From the NCBI GenBank assembly GCA_951406725.2, contig OX597820.1:47616001-47680000 (forward strand): a DNA stretch of 64,000 bases, written 5' to 3'. The DNA is from Octopus vulgaris. Lineage: Eukaryota. This document shows, piece after piece, positions 39,831-53,188 of this stretch. How positions within the stretch are numbered: the stretch's first letter is position 1; every line of letters starts with the position of its first letter. Below the pieces are notes generated by a model. It was given only the letters and a program-made list of their open reading frames with translations. It was not told where the DNA came from and searched no databases. Position numbers and translations under genes: made by a program.

Positions 39831-40496
39831 CATCTTAGTTTATATTTCATAGGAAATAAATCCACAACATAAAGGCATTTTGAACTGAGTGTCATGCCAG
39901 TCTCTGTCTAAGAAGTCTTTTCTGTGGTGCTTTTGTGTATGAGTTTTTTGGACTCATATTCTCTTTACTGTAAATGTTATTTATTTGTTGTTTGTTATCT
40001 CGATTAAATCCCTGTCGCCTTTTCAAACAACAGTGAAAATGATTTGTGGTAAGGTTTTATGTGTTTGGTAGTCAGTGATATTACTATGGCAGTTCTTGTA
40101 TTCGTTTTTGCCCTCGTTCATTCTTCTATGAAAGTAAATTTCTTTTTGCTTTTGTTAGTGTTACAACTGTCGTTGCTCACGCTTGTGACTGGAAGAATCG
40201 GGAGGTCTTTGTTGGTGAAAAATAGTGAAGGGAAAAATCTGAGCACCCACAAACGAACATGTCTCGTTTTATGGCTGCTACCGCTTCAACGGTTACATCT
40301 CATCACTTCTCTCATATCAAACGTAGAATTTGCTCGTTGGCTGCATATGACGCAAGAATAAAATTCCGCCACTTCTTGTCAAAGAGTTTCTAAATTCTTT
40401 ATACCCACCGAATGTCTTAAATGACTTCAACAACATTTTTATAGCGGAGTGAATATATATATATAAAATATATATGTCTGTCTGTCTCTCTGTCTC

Positions 40497-40543
<47 letters not shown>

Positions 40544-40572
40544 AATAAATACACACAGCATACATATTCATT

Positions 40573-40652
<80 letters not shown>

Positions 40653-41287
40653 GCTATCTATCTAACTACGTACCTGTATGTCTGACTATTTGCCTATATG
40701 ATACAATACAATACAATATAATATATAAGATAAACAAAAAAAACCTTATGTTTGCAATACTATGTATCAGCTTGTAAATGTATAGGTCTAACAGCGTCTC
40801 GAATATTTTCAAAAACTAAAAAAAAAATATTAGTCGTTAAAGTTCAAAGTGTTATACTTTCGGGAGAAAAATGAAACCAACAAAAATAGGAGTTAAAAAC
40901 AATTAAAATATATATTTCAACGTGTTAAAATTTCTCACGGAACACCGGTTAAAAAAAGCGGAATAATGTGTAGAAGCAAATCGATATTAAAATGTTTTAC
41001 AAAGTATAACAAAACGAACAATGTAATGAAAATCGCTAACAGCTTCACATGTACGTCAGAATGCTATATTAACAAACGAATAAACAGATATTAGGAAATA
41101 AAAAAGAAATGGTGTAGAGAATATTATATTAAAATAACTATAGAGAACCTTTATGCTATAATATAATATAATATAATATAATATAATATAATATAATATA
41201 GTATAATGTAATGTAATATAACGTAATATAATGCAATATATATGCGCACACACATACAAACGTATACATATAAATATAAATATATAC

Positions 41288-41338
<51 letters not shown>

Positions 41339-41360
41339 ATACACACATACAAACGTATAC

Positions 41361-41417
<57 letters not shown>

Positions 41418-42649
41418 TATATAAATATATATATATATATACATATAGACAGACATACAGAGATACATTTATTTGAAAGTATGTATGTGTGTGTGTACAA
41501 AAGGCAATTTAAATAATTCGAATTCAAATATACCCAATCGAAACTGTGAAAAATCTATAGTTTTGTGTAAGGACACAATATCCTAACTTCTAAACAATCG
41601 ATATTGAATGAGTAAAAGAGCTATTCTTTTATTTAAAAATCAAAATCAACTAAAATAATTTAAACTCCAACATTTATTCCGTAGAGTTCAAAATGATCAC
41701 TGAAACCAATCACACACATACACACACACATACTCTCTCCCCCCTCTCTCTCTCACACACACACATTCACACAAAGACTTCATCCCTCATCAAAGACTGC
41801 CAGCACATAGTCGTTATTGATTTATTTGTGAATAAACACAACATGGTTTACACAAACGCTTGTAAACTTACGCACTTCAAAAAAACCAGAGAACAATGAA
41901 CAGTAGCTCTCTTGATCAGAATCTAACGTTTGAAAACAGTATATTGTAAGATTCCAGGTGGATTGCTGTTCAATAGGAATTACGTACCAATTCTGAATAG
42001 AGGACTACTACTTATGACTCTGATACATTGAAAATCAGGGAAATTTTAAACTATCAAATAAAACAGTTGATAGCATCAGAAATACATATGGCATTAAAAG
42101 ACTTCACGTTCTAATGGCCGCTATCAAATGAATCTATAGATTGATTAAGCGATTTTTCACATATTAACTACTAATATCAGGGTAGTTACTATGAAACATC
42201 TCTGTCTTTGTCTCTCTGTCTGTCCCTCTGTGTCTCTGCCTGTCTCTCTGTGTCTCTGTCTGTCTGCCTGCCTGTCAGTGTCTCTCTCGTTCTCTCGCTT
42301 CCTTAAGCATTGACATCTTGTATCCGTATGTATGTATGTATGTATGTATGTATGTATGTATGTATGTATGTATGTATGTATGTATGTATGTATGCATGCA
42401 TGTATGTGTTTATAGATGTATGTATGTATGCATGTATGTTTGTATGTAGGCATGCATGCATTGCTGACGTCATAAGAATTTAATAAACTTTCGAGAGAAA
42501 GTGCAATATTTTTTTTGAATAAAATATATCACGAAGCACAAGCAAAAAGCTATAAACAATGTTTGTATGCAGTCGTTTGTAACTTTATGTGTGTGCTTCG
42601 TGATATACTATTCCCCGAAAGGATATATATACACATAAACGGACTTAAA

Positions 42650-42723
<74 letters not shown>

Positions 42724-42820
42724 AAGCACATAAATGCGAAACAAGGTGGAAAAAATAGTACTCGAATACCAGAGGTAGAGTAATATTCTTAATTAAAAAT
42801 GCAGCAAAGATAGCACAAAA

Positions 42821-42860
42821 ACTGTTACTCAGAGTTTCACGCTCCCATTCGTCGGACAGT
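42821..42860 (-). ncRNA. Minimal type-I hammerhead ribozyme-like motif with a U4>C core change
   Basis: ACUGU-CCGACGA-AUG GGAG CGU-GAA-AC UCUGA GU-A-ACAGU: stem I of 5 bp, stem II of 3 bp, a short stem III and a GUA site. Confidence 0.55.
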
Positions 42861-43050
42861 AGATCAAATTTAGTTATTTTTTCCGTGAGATTGTAAAAAT
42901 GGTAAACTGCATTGATTATATCAGTTCAATTCATTCTCTGAGAAATAAGCGGACAATATGTTTAAGTACGCAACAATTCCAAGTAGCTATAGACAACTGG
43001 CATTACTATATTGCATACCATAACTGTTGACATCTTACTTTTAATATAAC

Positions 43051-43201
43051 GGGCTGTGTGGTAGTTTGCTTAACAGCCACATGGTTCCGGGTTCAGTCCC
43101 ATTGCGTGGCACCTTGGGTAAGTGCCATCTACTATAGCTTCGGGCCGACCAAAAAGCCTTGTGAGTGGATTTGGTAGACGGAAACTGAGAGAAGCCCGTC
43201 G

Positions 43202-43246
<45 letters not shown>

Positions 43247-43437
43247 CTTTGTTCCCCCGCCAACATCACTTGACAACCGATGGTGATGCGTTTACGCCCA
43301 GGTCACTTAGTGGTTCGGCAAAACAGACCGATAAAATAAGTACAAGGCTTACAAAGAATAAATCGTTGGGTCAGTTTGCTCGACTAAAGGCGGTGCTCCA
43401 GCATGATCACATTCAAATGACTGAAGCAAGGAAAAGA

Positions 43438-43440
<3 letters not shown>
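43051..43440 (+). mobile_element. SINE family A
   Basis: Head, internal microsatellite and tail. Confidence 0.85.
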
Positions 43441-43483
<43 letters not shown>

Positions 43484-43543
43484 GACCCCCTTCAGTCATA
43501 AATGACCATGGGATTGCACCTAGAAAGTCACACTCCGAGGAAC

Positions 43544-43686
43544 AAGTCGACCCCGGGACTTATTCTTTGTAAGCCTAGTACCTATTCTATCAGTCTCTTT
43601 TGCCGAACCGCTAAGTTACGGGGACGTAAACACATCAGCATCGGTTTTCAAGTGATGTTGGAGGAACAAACGCAGACATATATACA

Positions 43687-43736
<50 letters not shown>

Positions 43737-43908
43737 TACACATATATACGACTGGCTTCTTTCAGTTTCCGTCTACCAAATTCACTCACAAGGCTTTGGT
43801 CAGCCTGAGGCTATAGTAGAAGACACTTGCGTAAGGTACCACGCAGTGGGACCCAGAACAATGTGGTCGGTAAGCAAGCTACTTACCACACAGCCACTCC
43901 TACACCTA
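43544..43908 (-). mobile_element. SINE family A, tail truncated
   Basis: Reverse-complement family head and body. Confidence 0.85.
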
Positions 43909-44226
43909 TAAACCTGTTTTTCCTTATTTACTATTCTTGCTATCTGTAGTTATTGTGGTTACTAATATGAGTTAATCTTTGATATTAATATCATGCTATG
44001 ATTGGAGTTCTATATAACTTTGGATACACCTGGATTTGCGAAAACCGAATACCATTCGCCTTCACTTCACTGATATCTCCGTTGCTACCTGAATAGATTG
44101 TTTTATCCATTGATTTGTGTTATTCTGTCATACGTGGTGTGCTATTTGTATTATTCTGTCATACATAGTGTGTTTCACGTTTGATCTGCCTCGATATATT
44201 CAATAGATTCTCATCAAATTGAAATA

Positions 44227-44810
44227 CAGTAATACCTCAATATAATTTGTTCTCAGAGACCGCTCGTAAAGCAAAAACACTGTAAAGCAGAGCAGTAATT
44301 TTCCATAATATCAATGTTATAAATCATTATTCGTTCACAGAAAAATATTTTACCCTGTAATACTCGTAAATAAATGGCAATAAAACAATAGTAGAATGTA
44401 AATAATATGTAAAGTAAAAAGAATGTCAAAATAATTTTTTATAAAAAATATCATCATCATCATTATTGTTATTATTATCATTATTATTATTATTAATATT
44501 ATTATTAGCGTTTTCTGAATTACTTTTACTCGGACTAGACTCGCGCACATCATCACTTGTAGATGCGATCGCCGATTCACAAGCACTCGAAGACAGACAA
44601 GTAGATTTCTTTTAAAAATCAAGTTTAGAGTTGCTTGCTTAGAAGAAGCTTTTTTTTGCTTTCTATAAATTTCTCGGTAACTTGCAGAAGCATTTGTTAT
44701 GGTGGTAGAAATTTTGGCACTTCTTTCAAAATTTGGATCATGTGCTTGAAAAATAAACCTCCTAAACCCGGATTGTCGTAAAGCAGGTCCTGTAAAGTGA
44801 GGTATTACTG
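44227..44810 (-). mobile_element. Internally deleted Tigger/pogo element
   Basis: TA|CAGTAATACCTCA ... TGAGGTATTACTG|TA; retains the Tigger-type C-terminus SAKISTTITNASASYREIYRKQKKASSKQATL. Confidence 0.8.
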
Positions 44811-44815
44811 TACAT

Positions 44816-44853
<38 letters not shown>

Positions 44854-45220
44854 TCTCTCTCTCTCTCTCTCTCATACACACACTCACGTGTGTGTGTATG
44901 TGTGTGTTTTTTTGTTTTGTATGCATTTGTTTTGTATGTATGTGTGTATGAAAAATATCTTCTGAAATTAGAAAATTAGTCATTTTATAAAATGATGGTT
45001 CATTTAAAACAATGTAGGTTAATACAGTCCTTGTGGAAGGTAGTTTTCGTGTGAGCAGTCTTTGCTCTTTTCAGGTTTTCAAACAATTGTGTTAGAAGGT
45101 AATCCGTATAGAAATAGTATACACTCCAACACACATACACACACAGACACACAGATACACACACACACACATGCAAATACACACACACATGCAGAGACAC
45201 GCCATCCTCACACGTACATA

Positions 45221-45256
<36 letters not shown>

Positions 45257-47018
45257 TGTATGTATGTATGTATGTATGTACATACATGCATTCGTACGTA
45301 CGTATGTGTGCGTGTGTGAGGTGTTTGTGTGTATATTAATCAACGTGATGGTAGACAAAATAGGCCACGAATTGGCAAAGTTGTTGGAGCGTTGAATAAA
45401 ATGTTATGCAGTGTTCTTTCCGACGCTCTGAATGCAAATCCTACCAGGAACAAATCTATCTTCCATTTTTTCGGGGTTTGATTAAGTAGCAGGCAAGAGT
45501 ATACTACCGGAATTGCTAGAGGGTTGGACGAAATACTTGGGAGTATCTGTTCTGGAGTATGAGAAGCCACCTGTTTTGACCTGGTGCGAAACCGTATCAG
45601 TCCTAACACTTCTCTAGGGTCATAAGGTGGTGGCGATTAGTAGAGGAAAGTTTTTGGATGGAGACCCACTGTGTTCCAAAAAAATAAATAAATAAAAAAA
45701 TAAAACAAAAGAAATTGCTTAAGTCTATCTTTTGGAGAAAGTTATTCCAAATGTATATATATATGGTGAACCGAAAGGGGAAGAGGTCGTCTGTCATCTA
45801 GTAAATTCCAGGGAATATTAGTGGGTCTGAGGTTAGTTTTGAAGACACTTATTCAAGATTCTTCAGTGGGATAGAAGCTGGAAACATGCCACTGTAAAGC
45901 AAACATCTTTACCATATGAGCACGCCAGCACGCCAGCGCCCGTCGTCGTGTTGGCGGCGGCGGTATTAACTCGTATCCGAGTTGTCAATTTGTAGCGAGT
46001 GAATGAGTCTCTTCATCCTGATGGGTGCGATAGATTCCGGTGCCTGAGCCGGGAGCAGTTATCGTAGGGGAGGGTTGATAGGGACAAGTAAGTACAAGTC
46101 GTTTTCTGCGTCTTTGGCGTCTGATCTCTGCCACTTGATGTTTGTTATTTTCTATCTAGTCCGTTCCCTTGATTACTTGCCATCTCTTTTGGCGGTCCTT
46201 GGCGATTGTTTGCCAGGTATATGGCAAAGATCTTCAATTGTATTGTTCTTAATTATATGTTAGTGCAAAAATTGTGAAACGGGTTCTCCAGTCGTGTCTC
46301 CGCTCATTTCATGCACATCGAATGTATGGCTCGAATGTGCTTACATTGTTAAAATTTCCTCTCCTTGCTAAGGTCTTCCAAAATTTCATTTATTTTAGTT
46401 TTCCTCATCTATATTGTGTTGACCATAAATAGATAAGTAAAAATAAAACATTTATTTAATTATTTATTCTTCTATTGTAATATAAGTGACTTACAATCAC
46501 AAGGACTGCGGGTTCGTATCATACTGGCAATACAACAGTAAAATGCATTTTAAAATCATATGTCAGATTTAATACCTTGAGGAAATGGTGGTTTATTATA
46601 ATAACAAAAACTTGAAGGCAAGTTAATGCTACATTTGAAAGTTGGATGTTTTACATACCAACATATGCCGTGGTAGAAAATAACCAGTTTTGATCAACCG
46701 CTATTTCTAAACATTTATTTTTCAATGATTTATTCGTTGCTATCAATATCAAACCTGAAAAATATGGAAGCAATTTATGATAAGATGCTATAACCAATAA
46801 AAAATAAATAAAAGAATGCGAAAAGGGAATTACACATTATAATGTGAAGAAAAGGTTGTATGATAACTTGGAAATATAACCATACCAATATGAGAGAATT
46901 AAATAAAATGATGAATAACAGCAATAAGAATACGAAATTGTATACAACAACGAAAATGTTAGTTTCTAATTATATATATATATATACATATATATAATGT
47001 CTGTATATATTTATATGT

Positions 47019-47065
<47 letters not shown>

Positions 47066-47067
47066 AG

Positions 47068-47100
<33 letters not shown>

Positions 47101-47150
47101 GAGTATATTTATCTATCTATATATATTATATGTATAAAAGACACACAAAA

Positions 47151-47480
47151 AACCCGGATGTTAGAAAACCGGATGCAAAAGCCCGGATGTAAGAAAAACC
47201 GGATGTGAAGGAAAAAATTGGTTGTGAAACTGCTAAATGTTGCATGGTTGCTGCCATTTGGCGGCGACGGAGGGGACGGCGGCAGCTGCGTCGGCGGCGA
47301 GTGTGGTGGTAGGTGCCAAAAGTGGACAGAACGAGGCTGTTAAAATGTATATGACTGAGTCATCGGACTCAGCGAGAAGGTTAGCAAATAATATGAAGCT
47401 TTTCATAAACTTCATAAATCTATCCTGATTGATTGGGCAATTCACAGGGAATAAAAGTGAAGTATTTATTGGCTTCCTAT
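47151..47480. promoter_or_regulatory. Candidate cis-regulatory island (4 ETS-like CCGGATG sites plus YY1-, AP-1- and Pbx/Hox-like sites)
   Basis: Motif cluster in unique, locally GC-rich sequence; there is no functional evidence. Confidence 0.3.
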
Positions 47481-47578
47481 AACCTTATATTCTCATAATT
47501 TTCTCCGCAATCGCTGCCTTTCAAATTATCGTAAAAGAGGGATATATAGTTTTACGTGGAAGAAGGTGGGCTCCGTAG

Positions 47579-47616
<38 letters not shown>

Positions 47617-47704
47617 CTTCTTCTTCTTCTTCTTCTTCTTCTTCTTCTTCTTCTTCTTCTTCTTCTTCTTCTTCTTCTTCTTCTTGGTCTTCTTGTCGTT
47701 GTAG

Positions 47705-47751
<47 letters not shown>

Positions 47752-49109
47752 GTTGTTGTTGTTGTTGTTGTTGTTGGTGATGTTTATGATTGTGATCGTG
47801 TTGTTGATAGTGATGATTGTTGATTTTTGACAAGGTTGCTGATAGGGCGGGGCGCGGGGTGGTGGTGGTGGTGGTGGTGGTTGTCACTGTTTGCAGAGTT
47901 GTTGTTTGTTGTTGATGTTCTTGCTTGTGGTGGTCGTTTTTGGCACCGTTATTAAATTGGGCTGTATATTGCGGGGTAGTGCTACTCACTATAGCCTATG
48001 TTCTTGTCGTTAGTATTATTATTGTAGATACTGTCTAGCACCAGGTTACCGCTGACAAAAATAACCAATGAGCAATGACATTCCAACCGTGACCACTTCA
48101 TCGTTTTTAGATCTCCTCCGAGAACTATACTACTCCACGAGTCTTCTTTTCTTTAAGACTATTGGATGGGATTTCAGAGAAAACTCACTGCTATTTCTAG
48201 CAGGTCCAAAGGCCACATACCGGCTCTGTAGTTTGTTGGCGCATGTTATTTTTCATTTTAGCGGTGATGTAGGTGGCGTTGGTGTTGTGATATTGCTGTA
48301 GGTATGTAGTAGTGGAGTGGCGTTTCAGTGTCATAGTTGTTATTGTTGTGGTTGTTGTTGTTATTGTTGTTGTTGTTGCTGCTGTTGTTGCTGTTCTTTC
48401 ATTTGCTGTTCTTTCATTTGCTGTGACTTTCTAATTTTGCTATGGGTGGTGATGGTGGTGGTATGAGTGGTAGTGTTAGGTTGTCGTTACAGTGGTGGTA
48501 GTAGTAGGAGGGGCAGTGGTTGGCTGTAATGATAGTTACAGTAAAGGAGGGGGGCGTCATAATGAGAGTGTCGATGGCGGTGAATGATGGAATGAATGTA
48601 ACGATGGTTGGATGGTGACAGCGATGGGAGGATAGCGGTAATACAGGGAATGGTGGTAGGTCCATGATGGTGGTTGTGGCGATGGTATTTTGAATGAAGC
48701 AATTCCGGGGTACCATGATTAATTCGAACAGCTGTCACCGTGAACAAGTGTTCATGGTAAATCTTACAGAATTGCTCCACAGGTGCTCTCCCTTCATCCA
48801 ACCATTATGCTTACATACATGCGTACACGTATACGTACGTATACACATATACACATACATGCATGCACACACATGCACACTCATGTAAGCGAGTGCATAC
48901 GAACATCTACCAGAATGAATACAGTCTTTTCTTTGTACGAGAATACACACATACAGACGCAAACAAACACACACACACACACGCACATGCGTATGCTCAC
49001 AGACGCAGGCTCAGATATACGCATAAATATGAGTGCGCGCATGATTATGATTATACTTCTGTGTGTATGGGCATATATATATATATAGTATATGTGTATG
49101 TTTAAGTAT

Positions 49110-49156
<47 letters not shown>

Positions 49157-49387
49157 TACATACACACATACACACACACACTCATATATATATATATGTA
49201 TATATTCACCCACCACACGTATATATATACATATATTCATGTGTTTATAATTGTGCTTCTTTCCTATATGAATGTATAAATGCTCAGAGCTTTCCATACA
49301 ATAGCTGTTAAGAATTGCACCCACACGTAGGCGCACATGCAATATGCATGTACAAACATTGTCGTAATTATAGGCATACATATATAA

Positions 49388-49905
49388 AATGGTGAGCTGA
49401 CAGAACCGTTCGTACACTGGAGTTAAGGCTAAGCGGCATTTCACCAGTTCAAATTCTACTGTTGTCAACTCTCCTCTTTTTCCTCTTGGAGTCGATAAAG
49501 TTAGTACCAGTTGAACACTGGGGTCAATGTATTCGACTAGTTCCATCCCCTCAAAGACTGCTGACCCTGTGTAAAAATTTGAAACTATTATTTATTTCTT
49601 TATTACCCACAGGGGGCTAAACGTAGAGGAGACAAGCAAAATTTGAAACTATTATTGACTCCTGACCCTGTGCAAATATTTGAAACTATTATTGATGGTG
49701 AGCTGGCAAAATGGTTAGCACGCCGGGCAAAATGTTTAGCGGCATTTCGTCCGTTCTCATTTCTGAGTTCAAATTCCACCGATATCGATTTTGACTTTCA
49801 TCCTTCCGGTGTCGATAAAATAAGCAACAGTCAAGTACTGGGATTGATGTAATAAACTTGTGTCCTCGGCCAAAAGTTCAAACCTTGTGCCAATAGTAGA
49901 AAGGA
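49388..49905 (+). mobile_element. Two SINE family B copies plus a small inverted tail insertion
   Basis: Family B heads at ~49390 and ~49695. Confidence 0.7.
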
Positions 49906-50149
49906 TAAATATAGGCGTATATAAATATTCGCTAGCATGAACTCACATTCTCAGGCGAGAATTATATTATATTCAAATTATATTTTCATAATTATCAGCA
50001 TATGCATATACAGTCAGTGCGCACAAAGACACGCGTACATACATTAGGAATACAAACCCCTTGTACGTATACATATATTACTAACTACACAACCTACAAT
50101 AGTATTCCAAAGTCATTATACACACACACATATATATATATATATATGT

Positions 50150-50180
<31 letters not shown>

Positions 50181-50206
50181 CATACACACACACACCCACA
50201 CACACC

Positions 50207-50263
<57 letters not shown>

Positions 50264-50451
50264 GTATACACACACAAACTAGCATGACATTACTTCTTTA
50301 TATCACTATTCAGGTTTTTATAGATGCACACAAAGTTGTAGATACATACACACACACATATGTACAGGGTGTCCCAGAAAGATTCACCCATTGATACTTC
50401 TTAATTCTTAAAAATGAACTAATTTAAATTGTCAATCCTTTGCAGTAATTA

Positions 50452-51577
50452 TTAGGTTGGCAAATAAGTTCCCGACGTTTTCTTAAATTTTGGAATTTAT
50501 TGCGTTTATAATTTTGGAATCTATTTTTTTCGAAAATCTTATTCTTGAGTCATTTTGGAATCTATTTTGGTTTTTTTTCTAGTTAATTTTAGTTAATTTT
50601 TGTTTATTTTCAGATCATTAAAATGGAATGTCAAGTTAAGAAAAACGAGCATTTTCGACACCTCCTTCTTTTTGCTTTTAATCAAGGTTGAAAGGCCGCA
50701 AAAGCTACTCGCGACATTTGTACTGTGTATGGAGAGGGTGCCATAGTTGAAAGAACCGCTCGTGATTGGTATACCAAGTTTAAAAATGGAAATTTTGACT
50801 TCAAAGACACACCTCGTTCTGGCTGTCCAGTTGAGTTCGATGAAGAGCGATTAAACCACCTTTTGCGCGAAAATTCTCGTCAAACGACAAGGGAAATGGC
50901 AGAGGAAATGGAATGCTTCCACACTGCCATAGAGCAGCATCTTCACTCGATGGGAAAGGTTCAGAAGTATGGAGCATGGGTTCCGCATGCTTTAAGTGAC
51001 AACAGCAAAAATCAACGAGCCACAATCTCCGCTGGTTTGCTTGCTCGTCACCGCTCAACTCATGGACCCCGGCAACGATTTCTTTACTGAATCGTTTCTG
51101 GCGACGAAAAATGGTGCCTGTACATCAGTACGGCCTGTACATAAGTACGGCTATTCAAGAGAAAAGACCTAATCGTCAGCATGGAGTTCTTTTGCTGCAC
51201 GACTACGCCCGACCTCATATCGCCAATATCACCAAGGAAACCCTTCAAACGCATGGCTGGGAAGTGCTACCACACCCGCCGTACTCTCCTGATTTGGCAC
51301 CAACGGATTTCCAACTCTTTCGATCTCTTTCAAATGCTATGCGCAGAGTTTCGTTCAATACTGATGCAGAATTGAGAGCTTGGCTGGATCAATTTTTCGA
51401 GACGAAATCGGGTGATTTCTACAACGAGGTATTGAAAATCTTGTTGAACATTGGGAAAAAGTTGTAAACAACAAGGGTGAATAAATTATTGATTAATTCG
51501 TTGTTATTTTGTTTTTATTAAATCTTTTAAAATATTTAAATTAAAAAAACCCAGCGAGAACTTAGTTGCGAAACTAA
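50452..51577 (+). mobile_element. DD34D mariner with a deleted, pseudogenized transposase (ATG at 50623)
   Basis: TIRs TTAGGTTGGCAAATAAGTTC and TTAGTTTCGCAACTAAGTTC with TA flanks. Motifs WVPHAL, GDEKW, LLHDYARPH and HPPYSPDLAPTDF (34-aa spacing); contains stops and an internal deletion. Confidence 0.92.
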
Positions 51578-52129
51578 TAGATTACAAATTGACCACCTTT
51601 CGCCTGCAAACAAATGGTCACTGAGTTGCATAAGCGCCGTACCACCTCTTCATCCAACTTGACCCATGAAGGCAGAAGGGCATTCTTCATATCTGACACA
51701 TTTGAATAGGAGTGAGCAGACGCATTATCTCTAAGATGGACCAGATAGTAAAGTTCATGGAAATGATGTCTGTACTTGAGGGAGGCCTTATCATCTTATC
51801 CCGAAAACTGCTGAAATGCTCTTTGCACCACCTCTGTGTCAAATTGGATGTGTGGGCCGGAATCCCGCCTTGAGTGAAGATGTAACAGTCATCAAAGGTT
51901 TCTCTGACCCAGGGTAACACTTTCTCATCCAACATTTTCACATAAACTTCACTGTTGACCTTGACGCCAGCGTCGATGACGATCGAGGGAGGCTTGGATC
52001 CATCAGATGCAACTGCGGCCCACACTATGAGTGAAGCTGGTTTCTAACAGCATAATTGACTCCTCCTACCTTCGGGCAATCTCCTACATTACGTGCATAA
52101 AACCTGTAGTTCTGTCTGTTGGTAACTGC

Positions 52130-52358
52130 GAGCTGGCAGAAACGTTAGCACACCGGGCGAAACGCTTAGTGGTATTTCGTCTGTCGTTACGTTGTGAGTT
52201 CAAACTCTGCCGAGGTCGACTTTGCCTTTCATCCTTTCGGGGGCAATAAATTACGCACCAGTTACGCACTGGGGTCGATGTGATCGACTGAATCCCTTTG
52301 TCTGTCCTTGTTTTTCCACTCTATGTTTAGCCCCTTGTGGGTAGTAAAGAAATAAATA
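52130..52358 (+). mobile_element. SINE family B monomer with the 9-bp TSD GGTAACTGC
   Basis: TSD at 52121-52129 and 52359-52367. Confidence 0.9.
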
Positions 52359-52916
52359 GGTAACTGCCTCCACGTTGAAGATCTTCTCGTCGGTCCAGAT
52401 CAGCACTTTGTCAGCGGTACACTTCATCTCAGCTAACATGGTCTTACCCTTGTCGAGCCGTATCTTCTTGGAAGTTGCTGAAATTAAATGCCGGGATTGT
52501 ATTTCGTGTGCAATTAGCTTTAAATCCCCTTTAAATTTCTTATGCATTGATGATTTAGAAACATCAAGAGCTTTTGCAGTTTTCTTGTACTCCGGCAGGG
52601 ATTTCGGTTCATTCACTTCTTCACAGCATCAACAGTCTGTTTGGTACGAAGTGATTGTTACCAGCGCGGAATAGGCTTGCTAGAGGTAGTAGAGGACTCC
52701 ATGTATCGATTCCAGGTATTGAACACTGTTTTACGGCGCACATTCAACTGTTTTGTTATGTCCTTTTTGTTCAATCCGACTGTTTTCAAAGTGGCAATCC
52801 GGTCACGCTTTGCTTTCGATGCCATGTTTGTTTACAAACCTGTTATCGACGAACGAAGCAGTAGACACATGAACAGAAGACATATGCAAATATTCATGTG
52901 ATATGCAAATCTTTAT

Positions 52917-53188
52917 CTAGACATCGCTGGTCACAATGCGTTCGTATTGTTTTAGCCTTCGAATAACGCCACCTCACTGGCTAAGCGAGCAGGCCAACAG
53001 AAGAAAGAGTGAGAGAAAGTTGTGGTGAAAGAGTATAGCAGGGATCACCACCACCCCCTGTCGGAGCCACGTGGAGCTTTTAGGTGTTTTCGTTCAATAA
53101 ACATTCACTACGCCTGGTCTGGGAATCGAAACCGCGATCCTACGACCGCGAGTCCACTGCCCTAACCACTGGGTCATTGTGCCTCCAC
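52917..53188 (-). mobile_element. SINE family C with the 12-bp TSD GCAAATCTTTAT
   Basis: TSD at 52905-52916 and 53189-53200; tRNA-like head. Confidence 0.85.

Noticed and set aside
45480-46330. Possible LINE remnants
   Set aside because: Similarity to a CR1-type end (IDLSNF) is too weak to support a call.
47233-47445. Short ORFs on both strands in the GC-rich island
   Set aside because: There is no recognisable domain or clear splice pair, so I treated the island as candidate regulatory DNA instead.
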